NCBI GenBank assembly: GCA_965223665.1 | Contig: OZ245011.1 | Coordinates: forward strand, 960,001 to 1,024,000 | Source: Nitrospinaceae bacterium | GTDB lineage: Bacteria; Nitrospinota; Nitrospinia; Nitrospinales; Nitrospinaceae | Length of the DNA: 64,000 nucleotides | Reading direction: 5' to 3' | Shown: in pieces, positions 24,329 through 33,529 of the stretch | Layout: every line of letters begins with the position of its first letter | Numbering within the stretch: the stretch's first letter is position 1 | Made by a program: the position numbers and the translations under genes | Notes under the pieces: generated by a model | Database searches by the model: none | Seen by the model: the letters and a program-made list of their open reading frames with translations, nothing else | Told to the model about the DNA's origin: nothing

Positions 24329-24733
24329 ATGGCAGAATTGATGGAAGAAATTGGAGAACATATGAGTTCTCCTGTAATGAGGGTTGATTCCGAATCTACC
24401 GTTCAAGAAGCAGCAATTTTAATGGAAACCAACCATGTAGGTTCTTTAATAGTTGAAAAATTCGGGGATGATGTAGGAATCGTTACAGAAAAAGATCTAA
24501 TGAAAAAGGTAGTTGCAAAAGGGGAAAACCTGGAAGAAGTTATCGTCGAAGATATCATGACGAAGCCTATTCTTTCCATGGATCGTTATTTACCTATTGA
24601 AGAAGCTAATATTTTCATGCAGAAAAATAAAATTAGACATTTAGCAATCACCGAAGAAGATAAAATAGTCGGGATCCTTTCAATAAGTGATTTAGTTGCT
24701 TTTTATACCCAAGACTTTCGAATGCAGGAATAA
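24329..24733 (+). CDS. Stand-alone CBS-pair protein
   Basis: Two CBS repeats (GIVTEKDL; GILSISDL); AGGAGG RBS. Confidence 0.88.
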   Translation: MAELMEEIGEHMSSPVMRVDSESTVQEAAILMETNHVGSLIVEKFGDDVGIVTEKDLMKKVVAKGENLEEVIVEDIMTKPILSMDRYLPIEEANIFMQKNKIRHLAITEEDKIVGILSISDLVAFYTQDFRMQE

Positions 24734-24741
24734 ATTAGAAT

Positions 24742-26229
24742 TTGAAAACCTTAAAAACTCTTAGTTTTAAAAATCATTTTTTTCAAATAGGAGGTGAATT
24801 CTATCAACTTAAAAATCCAGTTCCCGTCGCAGATCCTTCTTTAATTTGTTTTAGCTCGGAAGTTGCTCGAAAGATGGGTATTAACCCCGATGAATTTCTG
24901 GGCAGGGATATACTTAATTATTTATCAGGGAACAAGCTCATTCCCAATACTAAACCATTAGCAATGGTTTATTCTGGTCATCAATTCGGAGTTTATAATC
25001 CCCAACTTGGGGATGGCAGAGGATTGCTCCTGGGAGATTTCTTTAATGAGGAAGGCGACAAATGGGATCTTTATTTAAAAGGATCGGGGCAAACTCGTTT
25101 TTGCAGGGGATTTGATGGCCGGGCAACATTAAAATCTTCAATTCGTGAATTTTTAGCTGGTGAAGCTTTAGCAGGGTTAGGCGTTCCAACGACAAGGGCT
25201 TTGGCAGTTATAGCCATTGGTGAGCTTGTATATCGGGAACTTCCTGAGCCTGCGGCAATCCTGTCTCGTGTGGCCAAAACTCACGTACGCTTTGGAAACT
25301 TTGAATATTTTCACTACAACAATCAACCAGAAAAAATCACACTGCTTTTTGATCATATAATAGAATGCTATTTTCCTCACCTTTCAAATCATCCCGTAAA
25401 ATACCAGGAATTATTCAAGAATATCATTGAGAAAACTGCATATTTAATTGCTTGTTGGCAATCAGTAGGGTTTACGCACGGAGTGATGAATACAGATAAT
25501 ATGTCTATCCTGGGGGAAACCTTCGATTTTGGACCTTATGCATTTATAGACAAATTCAACCCAACTTTTACACCTAACCATTCAGATACACACGGCCGCT
25601 ATGCCTATGGGCACCAACCAGAAATCGGTTATTGGAATTTAGGAAAACTAGGGGAAACTTTGGGTCACCTTATTCCACCGGAAAATCGCAAAAAGGAATT
25701 AGAAGAATATAAAAAATTATTCAACTCCTACCATTTAAAACTAATGGGCAAAAAACTTGGTTTAAGGATTATCGATGTCGAGTTAGATACATTAATTACG
25801 GAATTATTTAAACTACTTTTTAATCACAAACCTGATTTCACTAATTTTTTTAGAAAATTAGGTACACATCGGACTGGAGGGTTGGAGGAATTGAAAATAT
25901 TTTTTCATAATAATCCCAAAGAATTTGATGACTGGTTAAAAGAATATGAAAAATTGCTTCGTCGAGAAAATATTTCGCCTGAAGAACAAAAAGCCCGCAT
26001 GAATTCAGCAAATCCAAAGTTTATTTTAAGAAATTATCTTATTCAAGGAGCGCTTGATAAAGCATTAAAAGAGTCTGACTTTTCGGAAATTGAACGTTTA
26101 CAAATTTTAATGCGATACCCCTTCCATGAACGACATGAGATATTTAATAAACACAATATAAATCCAGACTTATATAGCTTAGATACCCCTGATTCATTTC
26201 TAGGGATGCAAACGAGTTGCTCAGCTTAG
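24742..26229 (+). CDS. selO: Protein adenylyltransferase SelO (YdiU)
   Basis: YSGHQFG...LGDGRG, LKGSG, HGVMNTDN, DFGP, NPKFILRNY, C-terminal SCSA. Confidence 0.92.
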   Translation: MKTLKTLSFKNHFFQIGGEFYQLKNPVPVADPSLICFSSEVARKMGINPDEFLGRDILNYLSGNKLIPNTKPLAMVYSGHQFGVYNPQLGDGRGLLLGDFFNEEGDKWDLYLKGSGQTRFCRGFDGRATLKSSIREFLAGEALAGLGVPTTRALAVIAIGELVYRELPEPAAILSRVAKTHVRFGNFEYFHYNNQPEKITLLFDHIIECYFPHLSNHPVKYQELFKNIIEKTAYLIACWQSVGFTHGVMNTDNMSILGETFDFGPYAFIDKFNPTFTPNHSDTHGRYAYGHQPEIGYWNLGKLGETLGHLIPPENRKKELEEYKKLFNSYHLKLMGKKLGLRIIDVELDTLITELFKLLFNHKPDFTNFFRKLGTHRTGGLEELKIFFHNNPKEFDDWLKEYEKLLRRENISPEEQKARMNSANPKFILRNYLIQGALDKALKESDFSEIERLQILMRYPFHERHEIFNKHNINPDLYSLDTPDSFLGMQTSCSA

Positions 26230-26345
26230 TATTTCTCAATATTTGAATTTAATTTCTGAGGGCATTTCTCATCACTAATTTTTTGAAATTTCAAAATTTT
26301 TATTCCACAATAGAGTGAATAATTTAAAAGAAAGGAAATTTTATT

Positions 26346-26579
26346 ATGTTATTCCTGGAAGCTGAGGTAACTCGAACCTCAGTCCCCCCCAACAAAGCAG
26401 ATACAGAACGTGAAATAGCCATTTGGATTTTTGATTCTGAAAATGAGATTGAATTAACTATGAATTTAGAAGATTTTCAAAAACATAATATCCAGGCGGG
26501 AGATAAATTTTCGATTAAAATTGAGAAGAGGCCAGATTTTGATTCTATGGCTCGTGAATTATTTAAAGAAGGAAAATAA
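26346..26579 (+). CDS. Small hypothetical protein
   Basis: 77-aa ORF with AAGGA RBS filling an intergenic gap. Confidence 0.6.
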   Translation: MLFLEAEVTRTSVPPNKADTEREIAIWIFDSENEIELTMNLEDFQKHNIQAGDKFSIKIEKRPDFDSMARELFKEGK

Positions 26580-26646
26580 TTAATTAAAGCTTTACCTCAC
26601 AAAATATAAAAATTATAAACGTTTCCATTTTCTAATAAATTTCTCC

Positions 26647-27675
26647 GTGCCTTTCCTACAAAAATCCCTTAAACAAATTGGTGAGTTTGGTCTTATATCT
26701 AAGTTTCAAACCAATTTAAAATATCATTCGCCTCAAGTTATTCAGGGGATAGGAGATGATTGTGCGATTTATGAAACCAGTCCTCGAAAAGTGCAGGTAA
26801 TTACTACTGATGCTTTAGTAGAAAACATACACTTTTCTTTAAAAACCACTACGGCTGGAAACCTGGGAAAAAAGTCCTTAGCCGTTAATGTAAGTGATAT
26901 TGCCGCAATGGGGGCAATCCCCAAAGTTGCGGTTATTTCATTAGCCATCCCAAAAAATATTTCTCCCAGATTTCTAAAAGAATTTTATTCAGGTATAAAT
27001 ACTCTGTGTAAAAAGTACAAAATTGAATTAGTCGGTGGAGACACTGTCGGATCGAAAAATTCATTTTTTATCAACCTAACCCTTATTGGCGAGGCCTCCA
27101 AACAACGACTTTTTACCCGTAAGGGCGCACAACCTGGGGACGGAATTTTTGTTACTGGAAGTTTAGGAGATTCTACCCTTGGATTAAAAATTATCCAATC
27201 ACCGAAAAAAAAATGGAGAGGTCCTGTGGATCTCAGAAATAGGTTGGTAAAAAAACATTTGGTACCAATCCCAAGACTTAATGAATCGATAAACCTCGCC
27301 AATTCAAAATTAAAAGTTTCTTCTATGATAGATATTAGCGATGGTCTTTCACAGGATTTAGGTCATATTTTGAAGACAAACAAGGTGGGTGCAATAATTC
27401 ATACCCACCGAATCCCAAAAAGTAGAAATTTTAAAAATTTTTGCAATTTCAATAATTTAGATAGTACTTCCTTAGCTATTACAGGAGGTGAAGACTATGA
27501 ATTATTATTTACATTAAAGCAGGAAGATGTTAAAAAAGTAAATGAGTCTTTTGTTCCAGTTGGTTCACCTGTGACTCTTATTGGGGAGATCACGAAAGAT
27601 AAAAAGCTACGTTTGATTGACCATAAAGGACAATTATTCACTCCCCAAAAACCAAATGGATTTTCACATTTTTAA
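26647..27675 (+). CDS. thiL: Thiamine-monophosphate kinase
   Basis: GEFGLI, GIGDDCA, NVSDIAAMG, GGDT, DISDGL, GGEDYEL. Confidence 0.93.
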   Translation: MPFLQKSLKQIGEFGLISKFQTNLKYHSPQVIQGIGDDCAIYETSPRKVQVITTDALVENIHFSLKTTTAGNLGKKSLAVNVSDIAAMGAIPKVAVISLAIPKNISPRFLKEFYSGINTLCKKYKIELVGGDTVGSKNSFFINLTLIGEASKQRLFTRKGAQPGDGIFVTGSLGDSTLGLKIIQSPKKKWRGPVDLRNRLVKKHLVPIPRLNESINLANSKLKVSSMIDISDGLSQDLGHILKTNKVGAIIHTHRIPKSRNFKNFCNFNNLDSTSLAITGGEDYELLFTLKQEDVKKVNESFVPVGSPVTLIGEITKDKKLRLIDHKGQLFTPQKPNGFSHF

Positions 27676-27760
27676 GTTTTTTTGTTTTGGGAAATTCACA
27701 ACAAAAGTGTTGATATATTTTTTGGTACAGGTTCCAACATTTCTGAGGTTCCATTAGCCG

Positions 27761-29062
27761 TTGGACGACTCGATAATACCACGGTCCATTATATTTTTTA
27801 TTCTTTTGGGTTTTTCAGCTTTTTTTGCTGCATGCGAAGCTGCATTTTTTTCATTGAATTCAGCTCAACTCGCATCTTTAAAAGAAAAAAAGGGGCAGAC
27901 CGGACAGTTGATTTGTCAACTGCTTGAAAAACCAAGGCAATTACTCATAACAATTTATATTGGAAATGAGTTAGTTAACATTGCCATTTCCGCAATTGCT
28001 ACCTCAATAGCATTAATTCTATTTGGAAATGTGGGTTTAGCCATTGCCATTGGTATCGGCACATTTCTCATTTTATTGTTTGGAGAAATCCTTCCTAAAT
28101 CCTTTTCCATAAATCATGCAGAAGGCTTTGCTCTATTTGCTGCCAGACCTTTACGATATTTTTCTAATATAGTTCAGCCCATTCAACAACTCTTCAGCAA
28201 TTTGACCGAAAAAATTCTTTCCAAATTTGGAATTAGTCTCCTAAAAAAAGAAAATATTATTAGCGGCGACGAATTTAAAACTATGGTTGTTAAAGGAGCT
28301 GATGAAGGTGCTATTGACGAAGAGGAACGTGAACTAATACACAATGTAATGGAATTTGGGGAGAAAACAGTTGGCGATGTCATGACTCCCAAAATCGACA
28401 TGTTCACTTTAAACGTCAATGACAAAATGGAGGATATCTTACCAAAAGTTCTTGAAAACTTTTACGCAAGAGTTCCTGTATATGATAATGATGGGGAAAC
28501 CATTGCAGGAGTTTTATTAACAAAAAATTTGAATCGATATCGCCACATTCCAAGCGAAAAATTTAATCTAAAAAGTGTTCTTCAACCCCCTATTTCTGTT
28601 CCAGCATCCAAGAAAATTAAGGAAATTTTAAATGATTTTAAAAAATTAAAACGTCACATGGCTATCGTCTTGGATGAATATGGAAGTATTGCCGGACTGG
28701 TCACTCTTGAGGATGTTCTTGAAGAAGTTGTTGGAGAAATTGACAGTGAAACCCGAATCGAGGAAAGCCCATTAATTAAATTAAGTGAAAAACGTTATAG
28801 ACTGAAAGGAAATTATAGTATTTCTGAATTTAATGAAAACTTTCAACACAATCTCCCCAATGGTGACATTACGACTATTGGAGGATTTGTATTTGGTTTA
28901 TTCGGGCGAATTCCGCGATCAGGGGAAACCATAAGTTTTGAAAATTTCAAATTTCGTGTTGAAAAAATGAAAGGAGCAAGAATAGTAAGTCTTCACCTCA
29001 CCCTATCTTCTGAAAAACCAGCAGAACCTTTAGATTTTCCTAAGGAGGCTTCACAAAACTAA
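27761..29062 (+). CDS. CNNM/CorC (hemolysin-family) transporter, DUF21-CBS-CorC
   Basis: SAFFAACE, GNELVNI, FGEILPK, VLDEYG...TLED. Confidence 0.9.
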   Translation: MDDSIIPRSIIFFILLGFSAFFAACEAAFFSLNSAQLASLKEKKGQTGQLICQLLEKPRQLLITIYIGNELVNIAISAIATSIALILFGNVGLAIAIGIGTFLILLFGEILPKSFSINHAEGFALFAARPLRYFSNIVQPIQQLFSNLTEKILSKFGISLLKKENIISGDEFKTMVVKGADEGAIDEEERELIHNVMEFGEKTVGDVMTPKIDMFTLNVNDKMEDILPKVLENFYARVPVYDNDGETIAGVLLTKNLNRYRHIPSEKFNLKSVLQPPISVPASKKIKEILNDFKKLKRHMAIVLDEYGSIAGLVTLEDVLEEVVGEIDSETRIEESPLIKLSEKRYRLKGNYSISEFNENFQHNLPNGDITTIGGFVFGLFGRIPRSGETISFENFKFRVEKMKGARIVSLHLTLSSEKPAEPLDFPKEASQN

Positions 29063-30426
29063 TGGAATTAGGAACGACACTCATTTTGGTTTTTGTCTTC
29101 ATATTGATGGAGGCATTTTTTTCTGGGTGTGAAATTGGAATGATCGGAGTGAACCGCTTTAAAATGGATCAACTCGCTGCAGAAGGAAAAAATTCTGCAA
29201 AGTTAATTTTAAATCTTTTAAAAGATCCAGAAAAACTTTTTACAACCACCTCTCTTGGGACAAATTTAGCAGTTGTAAGTTCCACTGCGGTTTTTACAGG
29301 ATACATGGTGGGACATTTTGGAAAATGGGGAGACCTGGTTTCTATGCTCATCATCTCACCCTTTATTCTCTTTGGTGGTGAGATTATTCCGAAAATTATT
29401 TTTCAAAATCGTGCTGATTCCATAATGTTGACGTTAGTCCACCCCTTAAACTTTTTTTGTAAAACTCTTTCCCCATTAATTTCTTTTTTTACAGCAATTT
29501 CTAATTTTATCCGTAAAAAAGTTTTTAGAGAGACCGATCCTTCTAGTGCACCTGCCTTAAGTCGAGAGCTAATTCGCTTTATCACCAAGCCTGAATCTGA
29601 AACTTCTGAATTGGATGATGAAGAAAAGGAAATGATCTCTAAAATTTTTCATTTTGGAGAACTCTCCGTTGAACAGTTTATGGTTCCGCTTGTCCAAATA
29701 TATGCGATAAGCGATACTGCAACAATTATCGAAGCAAATAAAATTAGCAATGATTCAGGTTACTCTCGTTTACCTGTATTCCATGAACGCATGTTTAACC
29801 TTATAGGAATATTAAACACTTTCGATTTACTAAATGTTCCAGAGGATGAAACGCCTATCACTGATCTAATCCGACCAGCTTATTACGTTCCCCCCAATAA
29901 AAAACTGGATGATTTATTAAAAGAACTTCAACAAAGAGGACTTCATATGGCAGTGGTGGTAGATGAATATGGTGGATGTATCGGTATTATTACTGTTGAG
30001 GATCTTTTAGAACAAATTGTGGGTGAAATCGAAGATGAATACGATAAACCTGAAAAAGGTTATGAAACCTATGATGAGGGTTACTTAATTGACGGAGACA
30101 CGGAAGTTTCCACTCTTAATGAAGAACTGGGCTTAGAACTTCCAACAGGAGATTATGATACTGTTGCAGGACTAATGATTTGTGAATTAGAAAAAATACC
30201 GGGTGCCGGAGAACAGGTCACCCTCAATGGATTTCGCCTTACGGTAAAAGACGCCAGTAAACGAAAAATAAATACTGTGATATTAAGAAAAATTCTTTCT
30301 GATCAAAATGAAGAAGAGACGGAAAACGGAAAACCATCCTCTCAAACTCCGATAGAAAAATTAAACGGAAACGGTAATCTTTTAAATAAACCCGAGGACA
30401 AACCTGCCGAACAAGCTCCTTCTTAA
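29062..30426 (+). CDS. Second CNNM/CorC transporter
   Basis: [26 protein letters not shown]...TVEDLLE; TAATG overlap with the previous gene. Confidence 0.9.
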   Translation: MELGTTLILVFVFILMEAFFSGCEIGMIGVNRFKMDQLAAEGKNSAKLILNLLKDPEKLFTTTSLGTNLAVVSSTAVFTGYMVGHFGKWGDLVSMLIISPFILFGGEIIPKIIFQNRADSIMLTLVHPLNFFCKTLSPLISFFTAISNFIRKKVFRETDPSSAPALSRELIRFITKPESETSELDDEEKEMISKIFHFGELSVEQFMVPLVQIYAISDTATIIEANKISNDSGYSRLPVFHERMFNLIGILNTFDLLNVPEDETPITDLIRPAYYVPPNKKLDDLLKELQQRGLHMAVVVDEYGGCIGIITVEDLLEQIVGEIEDEYDKPEKGYETYDEGYLIDGDTEVSTLNEELGLELPTGDYDTVAGLMICELEKIPGAGEQVTLNGFRLTVKDASKRKINTVILRKILSDQNEEETENGKPSSQTPIEKLNGNGNLLNKPEDKPAEQAPS

Positions 30427-30452
30427 ATAATTAAATTATTGTCAATCTATTT

Positions 30453-31175
30453 TTAGAGAGAGTGGATTTTTCCTAATTCTTGATAAGCTTCTTGAATTTG
30501 CAAAAATTTAATATGTGCTTCTTCTGCCATGTCTTGCCCTAAGTGAGAGACTTTGTCGGGATGATATTGAGCCGCTAGTTTCCAATAGGCTTTTTTAATA
30601 TCAGCAGCGGGAGAATTAGCAGAGATTCCCAAAATAGAATATGGGGTGGACAATTGGTTCAAAGAGTATCTCTCGCGAATTCTATCGTGGTCTTCAATAG
30701 AAATGTTTAATAATCTGGCCACCTCATTTATTCTTTCTTGCAGATCATTATCTAAAGAATTTTCTACCAATATAATCTGATAGACCAAAGCAAGTAATAA
30801 AGAACGATATCGATGGTGAGAAGAGGATTTATATTTTTCTATAACAGGTTGAAGGGGTGGGTTAGCTTTTAGAGTTTCACGAATAACATGATTTATGGAT
30901 TCCAAATCTTTAGCTGAATAGTTTAAATTATTTGTAAAAAACCTATAAATAACCTCCACTTCACCTGCTGTGATTTGACTTTTTAAATTCGCAAATTGAG
31001 TTAATACCACCACAATGCAGGTGCCGAATACGGATTCGTTTTCTATGCCAGGTAAACCCTTTCTAATTAAGTTTCTGACTTTTTTAGTAGCAAAATGCTG
31101 GGCAGCACCTCCCACAATTGCTCCAAAGGGTCCTCCACGCAAAAATCCTAAACCTGCACCCAGTAACCAAGACAT
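30453..31175 (-). CDS. djlA: DjlA-like co-chaperone (TerB-like + C-terminal J domain)
   Basis: N-terminal 'GAGLGFLRGGPFGAIVG' anchor; J domain 'YSILG...IKKAY...YHPDKV'. Confidence 0.82.
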   Translation of the reverse strand: MSWLLGAGLGFLRGGPFGAIVGGAAQHFATKKVRNLIRKGLPGIENESVFGTCIVVVLTQFANLKSQITAGEVEVIYRFFTNNLNYSAKDLESINHVIRETLKANPPLQPVIEKYKSSSHHRYRSLLLALVYQIILVENSLDNDLQERINEVARLLNISIEDHDRIRERYSLNQLSTPYSILGISANSPAADIKKAYWKLAAQYHPDKVSHLGQDMAEEAHIKFLQIQEAYQELGKIHSL

Positions 31176-31311
31176 AAGTAGGCTAAATCCTTAAAATTTA
31201 ATACTCAATTTGTAAATAATATACCATAGACTTCTATAAAAAAAATTTGAAGAATTTGTTGAAATTTGGGTTGAGAAAATATACTCTTTTACCCATTTTC
31301 GGTCCAACGAA

Positions 31312-31611
31312 ATGGGGGACAAAATGATTAAACATATAGTTATGTTTAAATTAGCACAAAATACATCGGAGAATATCAATACAATCGTTTCGGCTTTACG
31401 GGGAATGGAAGGACGGATTGAAACTTTGAAGCATATTGAAGTTGGTGTCAATATCCGCGAATCTGACCGGTCTTTCGATGTTGTTCTTACCACCCATTTC
31501 GAAGACCAAAAGGGATTAGATATTTATATAAATCATGATGTTCATAAACCTGTAGTGGAAACTGTCCGAAGCCTATGTCAAAAGTCAGTAGTTGTTGATT
31601 ATGAAATTTAA
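31312..31611 (+). CDS. Dabb-family stress-responsive A/B barrel protein
   Basis: MIKHIVMFK ... Y.NH..H ... VVDY. Confidence 0.85.
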   Translation: MGDKMIKHIVMFKLAQNTSENINTIVSALRGMEGRIETLKHIEVGVNIRESDRSFDVVLTTHFEDQKGLDIYINHDVHKPVVETVRSLCQKSVVVDYEI

Positions 31612-31675
31612 TTTAAAAGGTAAGTTGACAAAGTCCAACTAAAGTTTTGAATCCTATAGGCTGGGTTTGATATTG

Positions 31676-31684
31676 TGCTATAAT
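31676..31684 (+). promoter_or_regulatory. Extended -10 sigma70 promoter upstream of dksA
   Basis: TGCTATAAT matches TGnTATAAT exactly. Confidence 0.5.
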
Positions 31685-31863
31685 CCCTCTAGTGTTAATC
31701 TAATAAGCACTTTATTTTTAACTATTTACTAGAAAGTTTAAATAAGCTAGAATTAACCGCTGGTTTTTTAGAGTAAGCTTGTTTTCTTTATTTTAACCCT
31801 GACCATTCATTTGGTTTTTCGAATACTGGATTATACCTTTCCATCCAAACAGGAGATTCAGTA

Positions 31864-32595
31864 GTGCCACCAAAAAAGAAAACTTCAAAAAAGAAGAAAA
31901 AGTCTGTTAAAGAAAAAGCTATCACCAAGAAAAAATCCTCATCTAAAGCGAAAGCTCGGTTAAAAGCTAATACTACTGCTAAAGGTAAAAAGAAAGTGAC
32001 TACAAAGAAAAAAGTAAAGGCAAAAGCTAAGAAAAAGGTTGTCAGCAAAAAAAAGGCACCAACCGCTAAGGCAAAAAAAGCAGTTAAGAAATCCGTAAGT
32101 AAGAAAGCCACGAAAAAAGCCACTTCCAAAAATGTGGCGAAGGCGACCAAGGCTAAGGTCAAGAAGTCAAAAGCCAAAAAAGTCCCTAAGAAACCTCAAG
32201 AGGAAGAAATTGAAACGCCACCCGTTCCCAAAATAACTGGCCCAGTTTTGGCTGACCCGCAACTCCAAAAAATTAAGGACATTCTTGTTCAGAGCCGTTC
32301 AAGGCTCTTGAAAATGTTACAATCCTCTCGTGAGGTTGAACAGAATGTAGATGATATTACATTTAGTAATGAAATTGATTTAGCCTCAAGCTTGGAAGGT
32401 AGAGAAATGGCTTTTCAACTATCCAGCCGTGAACGCAATGAACTAAAAATGGTGGAAGAAGCCCTTCTCAGGATAGATAAAGGCAGCTATGGAATTTGTG
32501 AAACCTGCTCGAAAAGAATAGGATTGAAACGTCTTCAAATAATGCCTCTCACTCCGCTATGTATTGAGTGTCAGTCTAATTTAGAAGTGAGTTAA
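31864..32595 (+). CDS. dksA: DksA/TraR-family transcription factor with Lys/Ala-rich N-terminal extension
   Basis: Coiled coil with NEIDLA tip; 'ALLRIDKGSYGICETC...RL...P...CIEC' zinc finger; AGGAG RBS, GTG start. Confidence 0.85.
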   Translation: MPPKKKTSKKKKKSVKEKAITKKKSSSKAKARLKANTTAKGKKKVTTKKKVKAKAKKKVVSKKKAPTAKAKKAVKKSVSKKATKKATSKNVAKATKAKVKKSKAKKVPKKPQEEEIETPPVPKITGPVLADPQLQKIKDILVQSRSRLLKMLQSSREVEQNVDDITFSNEIDLASSLEGREMAFQLSSRERNELKMVEEALLRIDKGSYGICETCSKRIGLKRLQIMPLTPLCIECQSNLEVS

Positions 32596-32603
32596 TAAAT
32601 GAT

Positions 32604-32637
32604 AAAAAAGCCATTAGTGTTACCTAATGGCTTTTTT
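32604..32637. terminator. Bidirectional rho-independent terminator
   Basis: AAAAAAGCCATTAG/CTAATGGCTTTTTT between convergent genes. Confidence 0.8.
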
Positions 32638-32639
32638 CC

Positions 32640-33212
32640 TTAGTTAAAATGAAATCTGGCACCTAGGTTAAACTGGTGACCACCCAGTTCCACACTGGCT
32701 CCCCAGTTCGGATCCGAAGTTCCCAAATACCGGTACTCTGTGAACGCAGTTACAACAGGATTAATTAAATAACTACCACCAACTATTAACTGGTAAGCAA
32801 ATATTGTATCGTCCACACTTCCTCCTCCACTCAATTCAGCATTTGCAAAACCAAGCCCAAATCCTACATAACCTTCAATATTTGGGTTAAAAGTGTGATC
32901 ATAATATCCATTGGCCATAAAACTTAAAATTGAAACATCACCTGAAGCAGGTGCCGAACCACCTGGACCCTGGACGGTATCTATATCATTCATACTGTAT
33001 CCAACCTCACCCTCAGCCCGCAAATTTCCAAAGTCATAACCAAAGGCACCTCCGACAACATAGCCTAAGTCATATGTAAACTCTAGAGGGGAATTACCTA
33101 TCTCTGAGTCAGATAATAGACTCAATCCACCGCGAATCGATACATAAGGTTGGGCGCTAACAGAATTAATAAAGCAAAAACTTGCAATAAGAATAACAGC
33201 GATTCTTTTCAT
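32640..33212 (-). CDS. Eight-stranded outer-membrane beta-barrel protein (OmpW/Opacity-like)
   Basis: Signal peptide; 'GYDFGNLRAEGE', 'MANGYYD', 'FAYQ', 'YRY'; C-terminal aromatic motif. Confidence 0.82.
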   Translation of the reverse strand: MKRIAVILIASFCFINSVSAQPYVSIRGGLSLLSDSEIGNSPLEFTYDLGYVVGGAFGYDFGNLRAEGEVGYSMNDIDTVQGPGGSAPASGDVSILSFMANGYYDHTFNPNIEGYVGFGLGFANAELSGGGSVDDTIFAYQLIVGGSYLINPVVTAFTEYRYLGTSDPNWGASVELGGHQFNLGARFHFN

Positions 33213-33529
33213 TTTTCCTCCCGAAAACTAACTTATTCAATCAACAACAACTACCCTATTTTGTCTAACAATTTAAATTAGCGAATAATATCAAAATAAA
33301 TTTTTAATTCAATACTTTTTCTTTGCTATTCAAAATATTTTTGGAGAAAAATTTTTTAATCAAAATACAAAACTTATTTGTTATAAATTAATCCGATATA
33401 GAAATTTAGAATTTTTTTTCTAGTTTGATAAAGGAGGGATTTGGGGTGGGAATAAATCAATATTTTCAGGGACTTAATGAACACCGCTCAATTAAACCGT
33501 TTAAGGAATTTCGAAGTTTAAAAAATATT

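Noticed and set aside
26200-26240. Selenocysteine read-through at the SelO C-terminus
   Set aside because: The protein ends SCSA-TAG; there is no in-frame TGA or evident SECIS.
31788-32177. 129-aa Phe/Leu/Ala-rich minus-strand ORF resembling a membrane protein
   Set aside because: Antisense mirror of the Lys/Ala codons of dksA.
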